Shown piece by piece: positions 51,658 through 64,000 of a stretch of 64,000 bases of DNA. How positions within the stretch are numbered: position 1 is the stretch's first letter; each line of letters starts with the position of its first letter. Position numbers and translations under genes: made by a program. The DNA lies in the NCBI GenBank assembly GCA_964187785.1, contig OZ076409.1, positions 77,626,001-77,690,000 on the forward strand, read 5' to 3'. This DNA is from Amphiscolops sp. MND2022. Lineage: Eukaryota. Below the pieces are notes generated by a model. That model searched no databases and had not been told where the DNA came from. It was given only the letters and a program-made list of their open reading frames with translations.

Positions 51658-54328
51658 TTATCCGCGAATAGATTTTATTTGTGTATCCGTTGTAGAAGTG
51701 ACAGGATTGTTAAATAAAGTGTCATGTTGAGTAGTTAGATTGTCATTCGGGTGAAAGTTTTTATGAGTATAATTAGGAAGTGAAGGATGTTGAACAGGAG
51801 AGAAAGGAAGTGGAGCTGTTTTATGGTGAGAATTGTGGTGTCGTTTCGGAAACAAGTTGAATTTAGGAAATTGGATTTTGTTAGGACGTTTAGTATAGAA
51901 AGGTGGAGGGGAAGTAACATCTGTAGAATGGTTAATTAAATTTGGAGAATTGTCAATAAAATTATCTAAAGATTTGGATTTTAAAAGTGTACTTTTGGGT
52001 TTTTTGTTTTGAGTCTCATGGAGGTCACTGACCATTCGTGCTGTAAGAACATTAAAAAAACCATGTGCTATAGAACTAAATAAAGTAATATTATTTTTGT
52101 GATTATATTTAATAGATATTGTTTTGTAAAGTTTGACAATGAATGTAAAACAAAAGCTTGTACAAAAAGAAATGTGGAAAAGTATATACCACATTGTGTG
52201 AGAATGTAACAAGGGTATCCAAAAAGTGCAATAAAAGCATCTGAAAACCATGTAGGTGTAAAAAGAGGAGTTAAATTCAAGAGTTTATCATGGAGTCCTA
52301 TACGTAATGTATTGTAAGGATTACCAGAGTCTTGAGGGGAATCTGCATCGCTTTGCCTAGTAAGTGGAGTGTAGAATCAGAATGTTTAGAAAATAAAATA
52401 CGGTTCCAAAATTGATCAAGTTCTGCATTTGAATATATACCAGCATCTTGGGCTGTAAAAGTATTAGGACGTATTGTAGTTGTGATTTGTGAAGGTGTAA
52501 ACATTAGTGGAGGTTTGCGTTTAATAGGTTCAGGTCCAAGAATGTAAAAGTCTTGATCATCTGAATCAGGATCTAGTTCAATAATGTTTCGTGGATTATT
52601 ATCACATGTAATTGGTGTAGCATAATCATAAGTTTGTCTTGTAATAGGATCAACGTACATTAAGGTATCTTTAAAATGTATGGGGATACGGTCAAAGCAT
52701 CTATCTGCTTTGTATAAAGGAGATAAAAATGAGGACAGTCATAAAAGCCAGGCGGTTGAGCCTTCAACGTATAAGAAGTTACTTCTATTACCGGTTAAAA
52801 GGAAACCAGCAAGTTGAGGGTTTTGTACTGACATTGCGAGTATTGTAAGGAGTTGGTATCGTTCTAGTTCACATATTGTATGAACAGTATTTAGTTCTTG
52901 TAATGTCATTGATCTGAAAACATGATTAATAGTATAATCTATTTTGGTGTTTATATGGGCATCATAATCAATAGTAGCAAAATTGTTTGATACATTTAAT
53001 GCAGGGAATACAAATTTATTGTTTGAGGTGTCCAATACTATTTTACCAGAAATATATTCATCAATCATGGAATGAGGATTGGGTTGTCCTGTATGCATAT
53101 TGAAACCATCAGTGTAGGTAACAAAAAGGTCTGAATATTGTGTAGAATAGAGAGGGTCTGGTTTACCACAAAAGGTTTGTGCTGTAGGAAAAACTTCAAA
53201 TCTTGAAAGACTTGGGTTATTTGGATGTTGTGTATGAGGAGCATAAACATAGGGATATTCTGTACCTTTGATACCAGAAGCTGTTTTAGATTTTATTGGA
53301 TGTGGAGAATGTACAAAAGAGTCTGTTTCAATCCAATACCTATCTTCAATTTTAGTCATACGTCCAATAAAGTCTTGTAAGGTAAAAATTAGACAATAAT
53401 CATCATTGAACCAAACAAGAGTAAAAGGGGTTTTTGTAGTGGGTTTACAGAAACCATCTGCAAAGTAGCAGGGTAAGGTATGTCCATCGATTATCATTTC
53501 ATTAGATGTGTCATCATATGTAAGTTATACTACAGAAATTTCTAGTCGCCAACTAACTATGTTGACTTCGAATTGGTGATGAGCAGGACAGTTATGATAA
53601 GGGTTTTGAGTAGGGACTATCCAGTTTTTATCAGCAGGCATAAATGTAGATGTACCTGTATACATTTTGTTCAGTTGATATACAGTGAAAGGAGTTTGAT
53701 ATTGTTCTAAACGTTCTTGAAAATATTGATCTTCTAAGAGTGTAAGGGTTTTGTTGTATTGAAGGTTATTCAGTATTTTATCATTTGTACCATTTAAATG
53801 TCTTATAATGTTTTTACATTCTACTGGATCAAGAGTAACAGGGAGCGGTAATGTATTATGATTCCATACATTTCGATCAACACGACGGTATTTTACGGAA
53901 CCTTGAAAGCATATTTTCCTTTCTTTCTTTGCATAAGCAACACATTTGAAAGCTTTGATGCGTTTAGCTTTTGCTCGAACATTTACACGGGCTTTAACAC
54001 TTGCATGTTTAATGTCGGAAGGAGCTTCAGTGCATTGTTTTACATTGAGTAGATTTAATTGTCTCAGATTGTGTTGTTTTGCACAGTCATAATGAGAAAC
54101 CATGAGATTTGTAATATTTGGGTCATCCGATGGAAGATAGTTGTCTGTGTCAGAGGGTGTTATGGGTATGGAAAAGGTAGAGTTAAATAAATGTAAATAA
54201 AGTATTAAATTTGTTATGTAAAAGGTTGTGTAGGGTTTAAAAGGATGTTGTATACTTAAGACCGGAATATGAGTTACAGAAGACAATTTTGCCATATGTG
54301 ATAGTGGGTATATTAAGATCGCGTTCAA
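51658..54328 (-). pseudogene. env: env-like glycoprotein, chuvirus/gB-like class III fusion type (frameshifted; may extend upstream to ~55.5 kb)
   Basis: Hydrophobic signal-like stretch, then SHYDC...NLLNVKQC, ICELER, AGFLL..EGSTAWL(YDC), CFDRIP..YVDPITR..ITC and GIYSNAEL. C-terminal TM-like region near 52250-52100 and a cytoplasmic tail. Confidence 0.72.
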
Positions 54329-55568
54329 ATTGAATATGTACTACTTCAAAAAGTGCAGGAGAGGTTTTATGTTCTATTTTAGAAACGTGAAATATTGGGT
54401 GTGGATTTAATCCTTGAAATTTGACTTTGACTTCAAATTTAAGTTCTAGATTTGATGTCTGAAGGCGTTTTAGTTCTGTTTCGTTGCGTTTGTGAGATAA
54501 GGGGTCGTTGTTATTAATGAAACGTTCTGCAAGAATTGGAAATCGGGAATCGTTTTGTGGGTCGTAGATGGTTATACCATCGACTCTAAGTGGATAGTCA
54601 GCAAAATTTGGAGTTGGGGGTCTAGAGTGTTCTGCAGTATAGTATTCGGGTAGTTCAATATGTGCAATGTGCAGGAACAGGAGTAGGGATTACTACTTGT
54701 GAAAAAAGATCTCCTGATAGAAATGCAGTCTGTGGGTTAGGTGAGAGTAATGAAGCGGTTTCAAAACCAGAAGTAAAATAGGGAGATTGAAAGAGTTCTG
54801 AAGATGGTGTGTCAGAGGACAATGGTTGAGCGTGTTGTCGTACAAGTCGTAGTGCAGAATTGCTAGAAAGAGCGGAAAAATTGAGTGTTGAAGAGTCTGT
54901 ACTAAGTCTACGTGATGGGAGGTCACGAAGATTATATACTTTGTTCAGGTACAAAAAGTGAGCTTGTGTCTTGTGATGGAGCGTAATCTGAAGTATTGTC
55001 TAAGAGATTTGAGAGTGATGTAGAAGGTTTTCGAAGAGGTTTTAATAGTGGATAAAGTTTTGAAGAAGTAGTGCTAAGTTCTGATGGTAATTTCAGTGAA
55101 GGTAGCTTTGTATATTCAGTATCAGGGATTTGTACAAGATTAAGTTGAGGTTGTAGTCTAACAGTTTTGATAGCTGTAGGATGTTTGTATGTTACGTATT
55201 GTTCAACACTTTCAGGGTTTGGTATGTGTATAATAGGAAAGTTAATAGGAGTTTGTTGAGGACGAGTGTTTTAGGGATTTCAGTTATAAGTGGTCTGTGA
55301 AGAAGCGATGAAGAGGTTGTTTCAGAGATGTATGATCTTGGTCTTTTAGAAGGAGTAGTAGGAGTTACATTACTAGAGTTTGTAGTGCCTGATACTGAAG
55401 ATTCAGGTGTAGAAGGAATACTTGGAGCTGATGGAGATATATCAGAGGGAGGATCCAGGATTGTTGAAGTGTTTTCAACAGGTTATCTTTGAGATAACTT
55501 CTTATGGGTTATATTTCATTCAACTGGAGTGACTAGTTTTGAATGAGCCAACGGATAGAATGACTGGA

Positions 55569-58500
55569 TTACAGTTTTGAAGGTGTAATAAAAAGTCTAT
55601 AATCTAATTTGGGTCGTTGTCGTAGTTTATAAGTAGTTTTTGTGGTTCTGTCAATTAAAGGAGGAAGTGAAGTTGTTTGGTTATTAGATGAGTATCTTGA
55701 TCTGTCACTAGAGACATTTGTGTGAGGGGTATCAATTATATGTCTATATAAGGAGTTGTCATTGGTTGAGGGAGTCAAAGACTTGTCATTGGATAGTATA
55801 GATGGTGTATTCTGATTGGATGTACTAAATGATGATGGCGTTACAAATGTTTGAGAATCTTCTTCTGACAAGGATTCGTCTGAGTTAAAAGGAGAAGAAT
55901 CACTGTTTGCATATTTGGTAGGTTGTGGAATTTGGAATTGAGTTGTGTCTGAAAAGCGCATAAAACTACGCAGGTGTGGATATAAGAGTGGTTCTTTTGG
56001 ATAATATGGGATTAAATGATTTCTGTGGACGTGTACTGTAGAGCCATCTTGTGCAAGTAGTTCATATGTGACATCTGATAATCTATCAAGAATTTTGTAT
56101 GGTCCAATCCGAAGGGGTTTTAGTTTGTCAGAAAAATGAACGTGTGTAAAATTGCGTTTTAAAACAAAGGTACCAATAGGAAGGGGTTTACCTTCATGGT
56201 AAGTTTTTGTAATGTATGCGTGTGAATTGATTTTTCTTAGAGTGTTTTCGTATACTGTAGAATAAATTTGTAACATAGCAGTTTCTACAGCGAGAAACCG
56301 CTGGGGAATGGGTTTTGAAAGGGTTTTATAGAAAAATGGGTTTAAATCTGATTTATCATAATGGTAGTGTGCTGGAAGTTGAGAGCAATATCGTGAAATA
56401 CAAGTTTTAGAGGTGTCTCGGTTAAGGTTCAAATCAAATTTAAGGGGTATTCTGTGTTGGGTGTGGAAAACAATTTCGTGAGGTGAAATGTTGAGTTCTG
56501 AAAGTGGTTGTGAATTATGTGCATAAGCGTACATATGGACTTGGAATGCCCAATCTTCAGGTGTGTCATGTAAGAACATTCGTAGATGGGTACCAAGATT
56601 TCTGTTTTGTACTTCAACCAGGCCGTTTGTCCAAGGAGAATAAGCTGTTCGAGGAGAATGACGAATTCCCATAAGTGTGCAAAGGTGTGCCATTTCTTTA
56701 TTAACATATTCTGATCCACGATCAGTGACAAGATATATGGGTGGTCCAAATTTAATAATCAAATGGTGTAGGAGAGTTTTGATAGCAGTCTTTGCGTTGT
56801 TTGATTTAATGGGTACTGTAACAACAAAGTGACTAAAAGCATCAATTATGACATGTATGTAGGATTTGTTGTGAGAAGGAGGATTAATAGGTCCTTTAGT
56901 GTCCATTGAAATTCGATAGTTGAAAGATGGAGCATGTTTTGAAAATGATTGTGTAGGAGCAGTTTGAATTTTCATATTGAAGTGTTTGTTACGTTGACAT
57001 TCAATACAGTCATGTATGAAAATGGAAAGCCATTTTTCAAGGAATGGAATGTAGTAATATTGTTTGAATGTGTTGTATGTAATTTTCGTACCAGTGTGAG
57101 AGTGTTCATGGAGTTTGTTAAAGACAGTTTTGAACATTCGAAAAGGAAGACATGTACGAATAGTGTCTTGTACAATATTTGGAGTAGGGGGTTGGTTTAT
57201 AACAGTAGGGTTTGTAATATATAGACTAATAAGGTTTGTGGATTCGTCAATGAAAAGTTGTGAAAATCTTTTGTAATATACATGTAAAAATGGAGTACCA
57301 GTGATAAGAGGTGTTACAAATTCGGGTTTTTCATTGTTTAATAACCACGAATAAACAGTTCTAAGAACCGGATCTTGGGATTGTTGTTGTTGAAGAGTTT
57401 TTATGTCTAATGAGTAATCATCTGGAAGGAAGAAACCTTGAAAATAGTTTTTGTACTTAAAAAATGATGTATCATAGAAAGGTATGATTTGTTGACAGTG
57501 TGTGAGAGATGGTAAATTTGGTTGTACATTTATTGCAGAAACTGATTTTTGTGAGGTAGTGTGAGTTGATTGGTTAAGAGTAGAATAATTTTCTGTTTGT
57601 AATGTTGTGTCTTGTAAGAAGGAAGAGTCAGATTTTGGAATTCTGGTGTATATATGATCTTCGTCATCACTTGTAACGTCAGTATCATTAAGTAAGAGAG
57701 ATTGTTGATGAAGGGTTTTATTGTTCTTTTTTATAGGTGTCTTGTACTTAGTTTGAAAAGGAGTTATGGATTTGAATGAGAAGGATTGTAACGGTTTGAC
57801 AACAATGTCATTTCCTTTATCATTGATACGAATAGAGAATTGATCTGTGCCATAATCAGCGAGAATTGGATGAGAGTCATGTTTTTGATGAGGTAAAATT
57901 TCTTCATGTTTAATTAAGTAATGTACAGGTTTAAGAGTGTTATCTTGTAAAAGTGCAAAATCGATTTGTGGTGGGAGCTGTTTATGTTTTAATTGGTTTA
58001 GTTGTAATTCAGCTTTTGTAAAAAAGCGACTCAACATATCGGCAACAGAAAGATTTTTTCCAGGAGTATGAATTATTTTGAGTTTTGAAAATTTTGTCGA
58101 TTGCATTTGAGCTCTGTAGAAACGAGGACTGAGATTACTTTTCTTTGTAAAAGAATGTAATAAAAGTTTGTGATCAGTAAAAATGTGTATTGGATGGGGA
58201 GAACCTATGATGAGAAATTCATAGATTTGGAGTGCGTGTACTATACCAAGAAGTTCTCTATCAAGTGTGGAAAGTTTTTGTTCTTGTGGATTAAGTATAC
58301 GAGAGTTGTATGATATGACTTTCATTTTGTTTTGTTCATTTAATTGAAATAAGACAGCGCCTAATCCAATAAGGGAAGCGTCAACTGTAATGAAAAATGG
58401 ATGTTTTGTATTTGGTATTGTTAATTCTGTTTCAGAAGTGAGAGACAATTTAAGTTTTTGGAATAGACTTTCGTGTTCGTCTGTCCATTTCCAAGGAGTG

Positions 58501-61500
58501 TTCTCATGTAAAAGATTTGAGGTTAATATGTAGTTTTTCAATAAATTTGGTGTAAAAATTGAGTGCGCCAATGAAACTCATTAGGGCAACTTTGCCAGTT
58601 GGAGAAGGGATTTTATGAATAGCTGCAATTTTTGAATGGATTGGTTTAATTGTATTGTAACCAATTTCATGTCCAAGGAATTTGACTTTAAGAAGCATGA
58701 AAAAGGATTTTTCAGGGGCTAGTTTAAGATTGTTTTTTGTACTAATAATGTGTAGTTGTTCTATGAGTTGGAACTTGTGTTCTTTAGAATCAGATAAAAG
58801 TAATATATCGTCAATGTAGACAAGAGCGAAACCTTGTTCTATAAGAGTTTTAAAGAAAGTAGACATTTGTTTTGTAAAGAAGTTTGGTAGTCCTTTCAGA
58901 CCATAAAAGCCTCGGATAAAAGCGAAAAGTTTATCTCCGGAAGAGAAACTAGTAAGTTTTATAGTGTCTTCATCAAGAGGTGTATGTGCATAGGCATACA
59001 TAAGGTCAATAGCAGATTTGTACTTTTTATTTGCGCGTGCTAGTTGTGGAGCAAGAGGTTCAATAGGCCAAGATTCATCAGATTGTTCTGTATTGGAGTT
59101 AAGGTGTCGAGCGTCTAATACACATTTTATTGTATCTCCCTTGGGGATTATAATAAGATGATTTAAATGAGTTGTGCCATAAACGGGTTTGTCTTGAGGA
59201 GAGGAACCAATTTGTTTGATAATGTTATATTTTTCGAGTTCTTTGAGAAGTACGTTAAGTTTGTCTCGGTAGTGAATAGGGACTTTGGAAGGGCGTTGTG
59301 TCATAAGTTGAGCATTTGGTTTAAGTCGTATACGAAATGGTGTTGAAATTTTCCCAACATCGTTTTTATGAGTTGCATAACATGTTTTATACTTGAGTAA
59401 CATATTGCAAAGAGTAATGTATTCTGAATCTGTAAGGTCAGAAAATTGGAAGTAAAAATTTATTAATAAATTTCAGATTTTCAGAAGTATATTGTAGAGA
59501 AGGGAAAATGCGTTTTTCGGAAGTATGAGAAGTAGGCTGAACGTTATATAGAGGAGAAGTTTGATTTGGAATGTCGTTATTTGTCATATAAACTTGATGT
59601 AGAGAGAATTGAGGAGGAGGGGTTGTAGGATCATCATATTGTACGATATAGTTGGTTTGTGGAAGTGGTTCTGTAATATCAGGATGATAAGTATGAGTAA
59701 CATTATGTATTAAAGTATTAATGTCGTTAACTTGGAAGAATTTAGGTTTTTCATTAGTAATTGGAACTTCAATGTATCCAATATGTCCTGTCGGTAATGT
59801 TGCAACATGTTTTGAAGTGTTTTGAATAATAGTTGCACAAATATCTGGCTTGTCATCTGTGAATACTTCAATGAAATTGAAATTTGTACGAAATTTGGTA
59901 GCAAAATAGGTATGAGGTACTGAAGGAAAGAAGTGGTTTTTTGGTGTAGTTGTAAAATGAAGTTTATGATAATTTTTAATTGCAAAGTGTGCAATTTTTG
60001 AAGACTTGGGTTTTAAACGTATTTGAGTTTTTGAGTTAATTCTAAAAATGTAAGAGAAGTATGGATAATCTTTAGATAGGAGTGTTGTGAACTTTGTATA
60101 ATTTGGGTGTGTTTTTGATTGGTATTTAAATTTGAGTGTAAAATCTTGTATGTTTATGTTTTGTATATTGTCTTCAAAGAATGGTGTGCCAAGGATGTTG
60201 TATTTGATATCAGCTACTGCGAAAGGTACTGAAAAGTAACGAGAGTTTTCATCATCAGTGGTGTTCAAAATTATATTTGCATAATGTAAAATAGGAACTT
60301 CAGTTTGGTTTGCAACGGTTAATGTTTTGGAATTTCGAGTTGGTCCAACATCAGAGGTGTGATTTGATCTAATATCTAGAAGTTTTGTAAGAGTTATGTA
60401 TGTTGGGTAATTGAGTACAGAAATGGAAGCACCGCTATCTAGGAGGAATGCAATTTCTAATCTAGATGGGTTGTCTCTTTGTACTATACTTGATGGGGTA
60501 TGTACATATAGTGTATAAAACCAACTTGTAGGTGTGACCGCATTTGCCATTGCTGTTGGGTGATACATGTGTACTTCAAATTTGATAGGGTCAGCTTGGT
60601 CTCGTTGTTGTATCAAATTGATTTTATTTCTAGAATTGGAGTGTGAGCGAGATCTAGAAAATCTAGAGTCTCTTGGTCTTGAAGGTGGTCTATATGAATT
60701 TGTGTACTTTGTGAATTTGTTGTCTCCTGAATAGGAGCGTGATCTATATCTAGGACGAGAGTTTTGTCGATATGGGGATCTATAAGAAGATCTGTAAGAA
60801 GAACGGTAAGATCGAGAATCACGTTTATATGTATCATATCTTGATCTAGAGTAGTGTGGAGGAGTAGTACTTTTGTCATAACGAAGTCTATCTCTATCTC
60901 GAGATGTAGAACGGTATCGGTTTTGTGAATAATTTTTGTGGTAAGAGTTGTCTCGTGAGGTACTTCGATTTCGATATCGATTATCATATTGTTTTGTTCT
61001 GTCATTGGAAGGAGAACGAAAGTACTGAACGAATGATTTTTGTGGCGATTTTGATCGAGCATATGCATCTCGTTTATCTTCATCATCTCGTTGTTTTTTG
61101 AAACAAGCAGAAATGGAGTGATTTGTTCTATGACAGTTTGAGCAATATTTTTTATATGCAGGTTTATTTTTGTTATTTGGGTCTTTGGGTTGTGTATACA
61201 TAAGTTGTTCTTGAGATGAGTGATCAAGAGTTTGAGTGTTCAATTGTTTGTAATATTATTAATTTCAAGTGCAAGATCATGTGTTCTGATTTTGTCGTTT
61301 GCTATATCTTCAGCGTCAACAAGTTTTACTAATGTATGAAAAGGAATTGTAGGTTCTAGAACAGTGGAAGTGTGTTTTACTTGCATTTTATTTGCAAAGT
61401 CTTTAAGATTTTTTGGGAGTCCTTTTGTAAAGATTTCATTACATTTAAGGTTTATAGTGGATGCATTCTCATTACACCAGCCTTTTTCAACCAGCAGTTG

Positions 61501-63999
61501 AACTTTGAGTGCAAAATGACGTACTGTTTCATTATCTTTTTTGGTTAAATTAAGGGCTTCAACTTAAGCATAATAAGCGTTCTTTTGTGAGGAAAATTGT
61601 TTTGTGAAAGCTTGTACAAAAGCGTGCCAATCATGTTTATAAGTGTCGTTTAAACGAATGTACCAGCTGAGTGCTGTACCTGTTAAAGAGCATTGTATGA
61701 AAGCCATGCGACGGGCGTGTCAAAATTTATATTCATGTTCCGATGTAGTTTGTAAACCTAAGGAAAATGTAACACGCGCCTCAATATGTTGTAAATATTC
61801 TTCAGGTGTATAGTTGTGATCGAGCCCATCAAAAGGTTTAATGGGTTCTGATATAGAAGTAGAAGAAATAATATATGTTGGGTGTGACATAGTGTTATGA
61901 GATATAGTAGATGGGGGTGTTGTATTGTACGTAGGATTATTTGAAATATTAGGTAAAGAAGTAGTTGAAGTACTATGAAAGTGAGGGTTAGTTCTAATTG
62001 TTGTTGAAGGAGGATGTGGTATATGAAATTGAGAAGTTTGTAATGTAGGAGTGATTGTATTGGATGTATGTTGAGAAGAAAGAGTATTTAATGGATTGGA
62101 TGTGTTGTAATTTATCTGAGATTGTTGTTTATGACTTGGATTAGTACTGGTGAGACTGTATGATAATGGGTTAGTTAATATAGGTTGTAATGGAGGTCGA
62201 GAAAGATGTCTGGCAGTGGTATAATTTGTAGATGGGTTGGAATGGATGGTGTTAATGTTTAAGGTAGGTTGTGTAGTTTGTACTGAGTTGGTTTGAGCTG
62301 GAGTATAAGTCGAAGTTTGTATTTCAGAAGCTGATGGTGGAGTTGGTGTTTGAAAATGTACTGTATTAGTGTTCTGTGCAATGTAGGGTGTATTTGATGA
62401 GCTTTGTTGAGGAGAGTCATGGATGTTTATCTGAGTTGAGAATTGAGGTGGAACAGAAGGTGGATTATAATTTCGAGGAGATCGTATTTGTGTCTGAGAG
62501 GGTTGTGTAATATTAGTATTAGATGTAGACAAAATAGAAGTATTGTCTGGGTTTGAATTTGAAGTGTTGTCTTGATTTTGGTTTGTAAATTCGTTTTGTG
62601 TGATATTGTGGGTAGGAATTATTACAAGATTTGAATCATCGGTTATTGTAAAACTTCGTGTATTTTGTACTGTTTCTTCAGAAAATTCTGTTGTATTGTG
62701 AATTGTATTTGTTTCAGAAGGATTTGGTTGTTGCATATCTGAGATTTGTGATAATGGTGGGTATAATGGTTGTTCTTGAGGAGGATCAGGATTTTGAAAA
62801 AGATTAACAAGGGCTTCTTGTTCTGGGGATTCTTCTTCTGATTGTTCTGATTGTTGTCTTGTATATGAAGGTTCAACACTAGAGGTTTGTTCTTCAGGAG
62901 TTGTTTCATGAGAAGTATCAGGTGTAATAAAAGGTCTGTTATCTGATGTTTCAGAATGTTCAAGTACAAAGTTGTGGTCTAAGTTTATTTGTTCAAAATA
63001 AATAACATTTAATGAAGTAAGATCTCTGTAATGTAAATGTTTGTTTTCATTTTTTATGACGTATGGTAAGAGTTCTATATGTGTTAATATTTGAGGGAAG
63101 TTAACATAAGCTTGTTGGTCTTTTTGTTCCCAAAGTAGTTGATAATTAAATCTAAGAAACTTTAATAAGAATTGTGTAAAAATTTTGACTTGAGGTATAG
63201 TGTCATCTGTAAGGATAATGTTGTTTAAAAATCTGTACTGGAAATGTTTTATTTGTAAGATATCTCGTTGTAACCAATAATGAAGATTATCATGTCTTTG
63301 GACTTTCGTGTCAAGATCTGGGACCTCGAAATATTCAAATTTGTGTTTTAGTTCTTGTAAATGAGAAGGACGATAAGGTGGTGTGTCTTGGTTTTCATTG
63401 AATTCGATGAATTTTTGCATGTATGTGTGAAAAACATCTTGTGTAGAAAGTGTAATATTTTTTGGGTGTATAGTTCTATAAAATGTTCCAAGGTTTATTC
63501 CTTTAACAGGATTAAAAATAACTTGAAAAGGGGTTTGTGATGGTATAATATCAAGTGTTTTATATTGGATATAATATAGATAAGAATCACATTGTTCTCG
63601 TACTAATGGAATAGTATGAAGTATATGGGGTTCTGTTTCAAATGGAAGTGGGTTTGTGTACTGAAAGATAATGTTATGTAGAAAAGGTGTTAGATCTTGT
63701 ATAAGAGAAAGATTTTGTCTTTTTTCAGTAGTGAATGTAAATGGAGTGGGAAGCATTATATGATATTAAGTTTGGTTAGTACAATAAGATTGCCATAAAG
63801 GATAGATGTATCGGAAAAGAAGATATTTTGTATTGAATTGTGAATTATATGGTAAAATTTGATCTATGAAAACAACTTGTAAGAAAATAGTAAGTGCAAT
63901 ACTTATAGAGAGAAGGAATGGGTTTTGTATAAATTGGATAAGTGTATGGAAAGTGTGGTAAATACTAAGTAGTCCAAAAAGAGGTAGTACTATACTTGT
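55569..63999 (-). pseudogene. gag-pol: gag-pol polyprotein of element C (apparently one ORF, few lesions)
   Basis: PIKPFDGLD capsid-like motif, Zn knuckle CSNCHRTNHSISAC, RS-rich tract, PR LLDSGAS, RT LVYIDDILL, Ty3-type RH TVDASLIGLGAVL, IN HSHTG..CIEC / SMDTKGP / TDRGSEY / GPY. Confidence 0.93.
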
Positions 64000-64000
64000 T

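Larger units (their letters stand above)
48144..64000 (-). mobile_element. Element C: env-bearing Gypsy-type element (endogenous metavirus-like), family 2; 5' end outside the window, no 3' LTR seen
   Basis: gag-PR-RT-RH-IN, then a glycoprotein-like ORF and further ORFs, all on the minus strand. Confidence 0.88.

Overview
This is an AT-rich eukaryotic window made almost entirely of transposons. The host species cannot be determined from the sequence and no host gene is evident. It holds two Ty3/Gypsy-type LTR retrotransposon families. Family 1 has two members: element A (minus strand, 2444 to the gap at 17527, decayed) and element B (plus strand, 18099-35788, full length, 5-bp TSD ATGGC). Their architecture is unusual. 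The LTRs are ~2.35 kb, gag starts inside the LTR and reads in frame through the primer-binding site, and pol is reached by a conserved A_AAA_AAC -1 frameshift. Between pol and the 3' LTR each carries a multi-exon antisense gene for a C2H2 zinc-finger protein with a degenerate hAT-transposase-like layout, plus a divergently oriented sense ORF that runs through the PPT. Family 2 has element D (plus strand, 38292-48143, truncated), element C (minus strand, ~48144 to beyond 64000) and a solo LTR at 47162-47562. It has short LTRs, a long gag-pol with a hydrophobic leader and an RS-rich region, an env-like ORF resembling chuvirus/gB-type class III glycoproteins, and further accessory ORFs. Also present are a CACTA-like MITE, two Helentron/DINE-like elements, interleaved inverted-repeat elements, two near-identical tandem duplications (1.6 kb and 2.8 kb) and a 200-N gap. 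All family assignments come from motifs and alignments made by eye, not from database searches.
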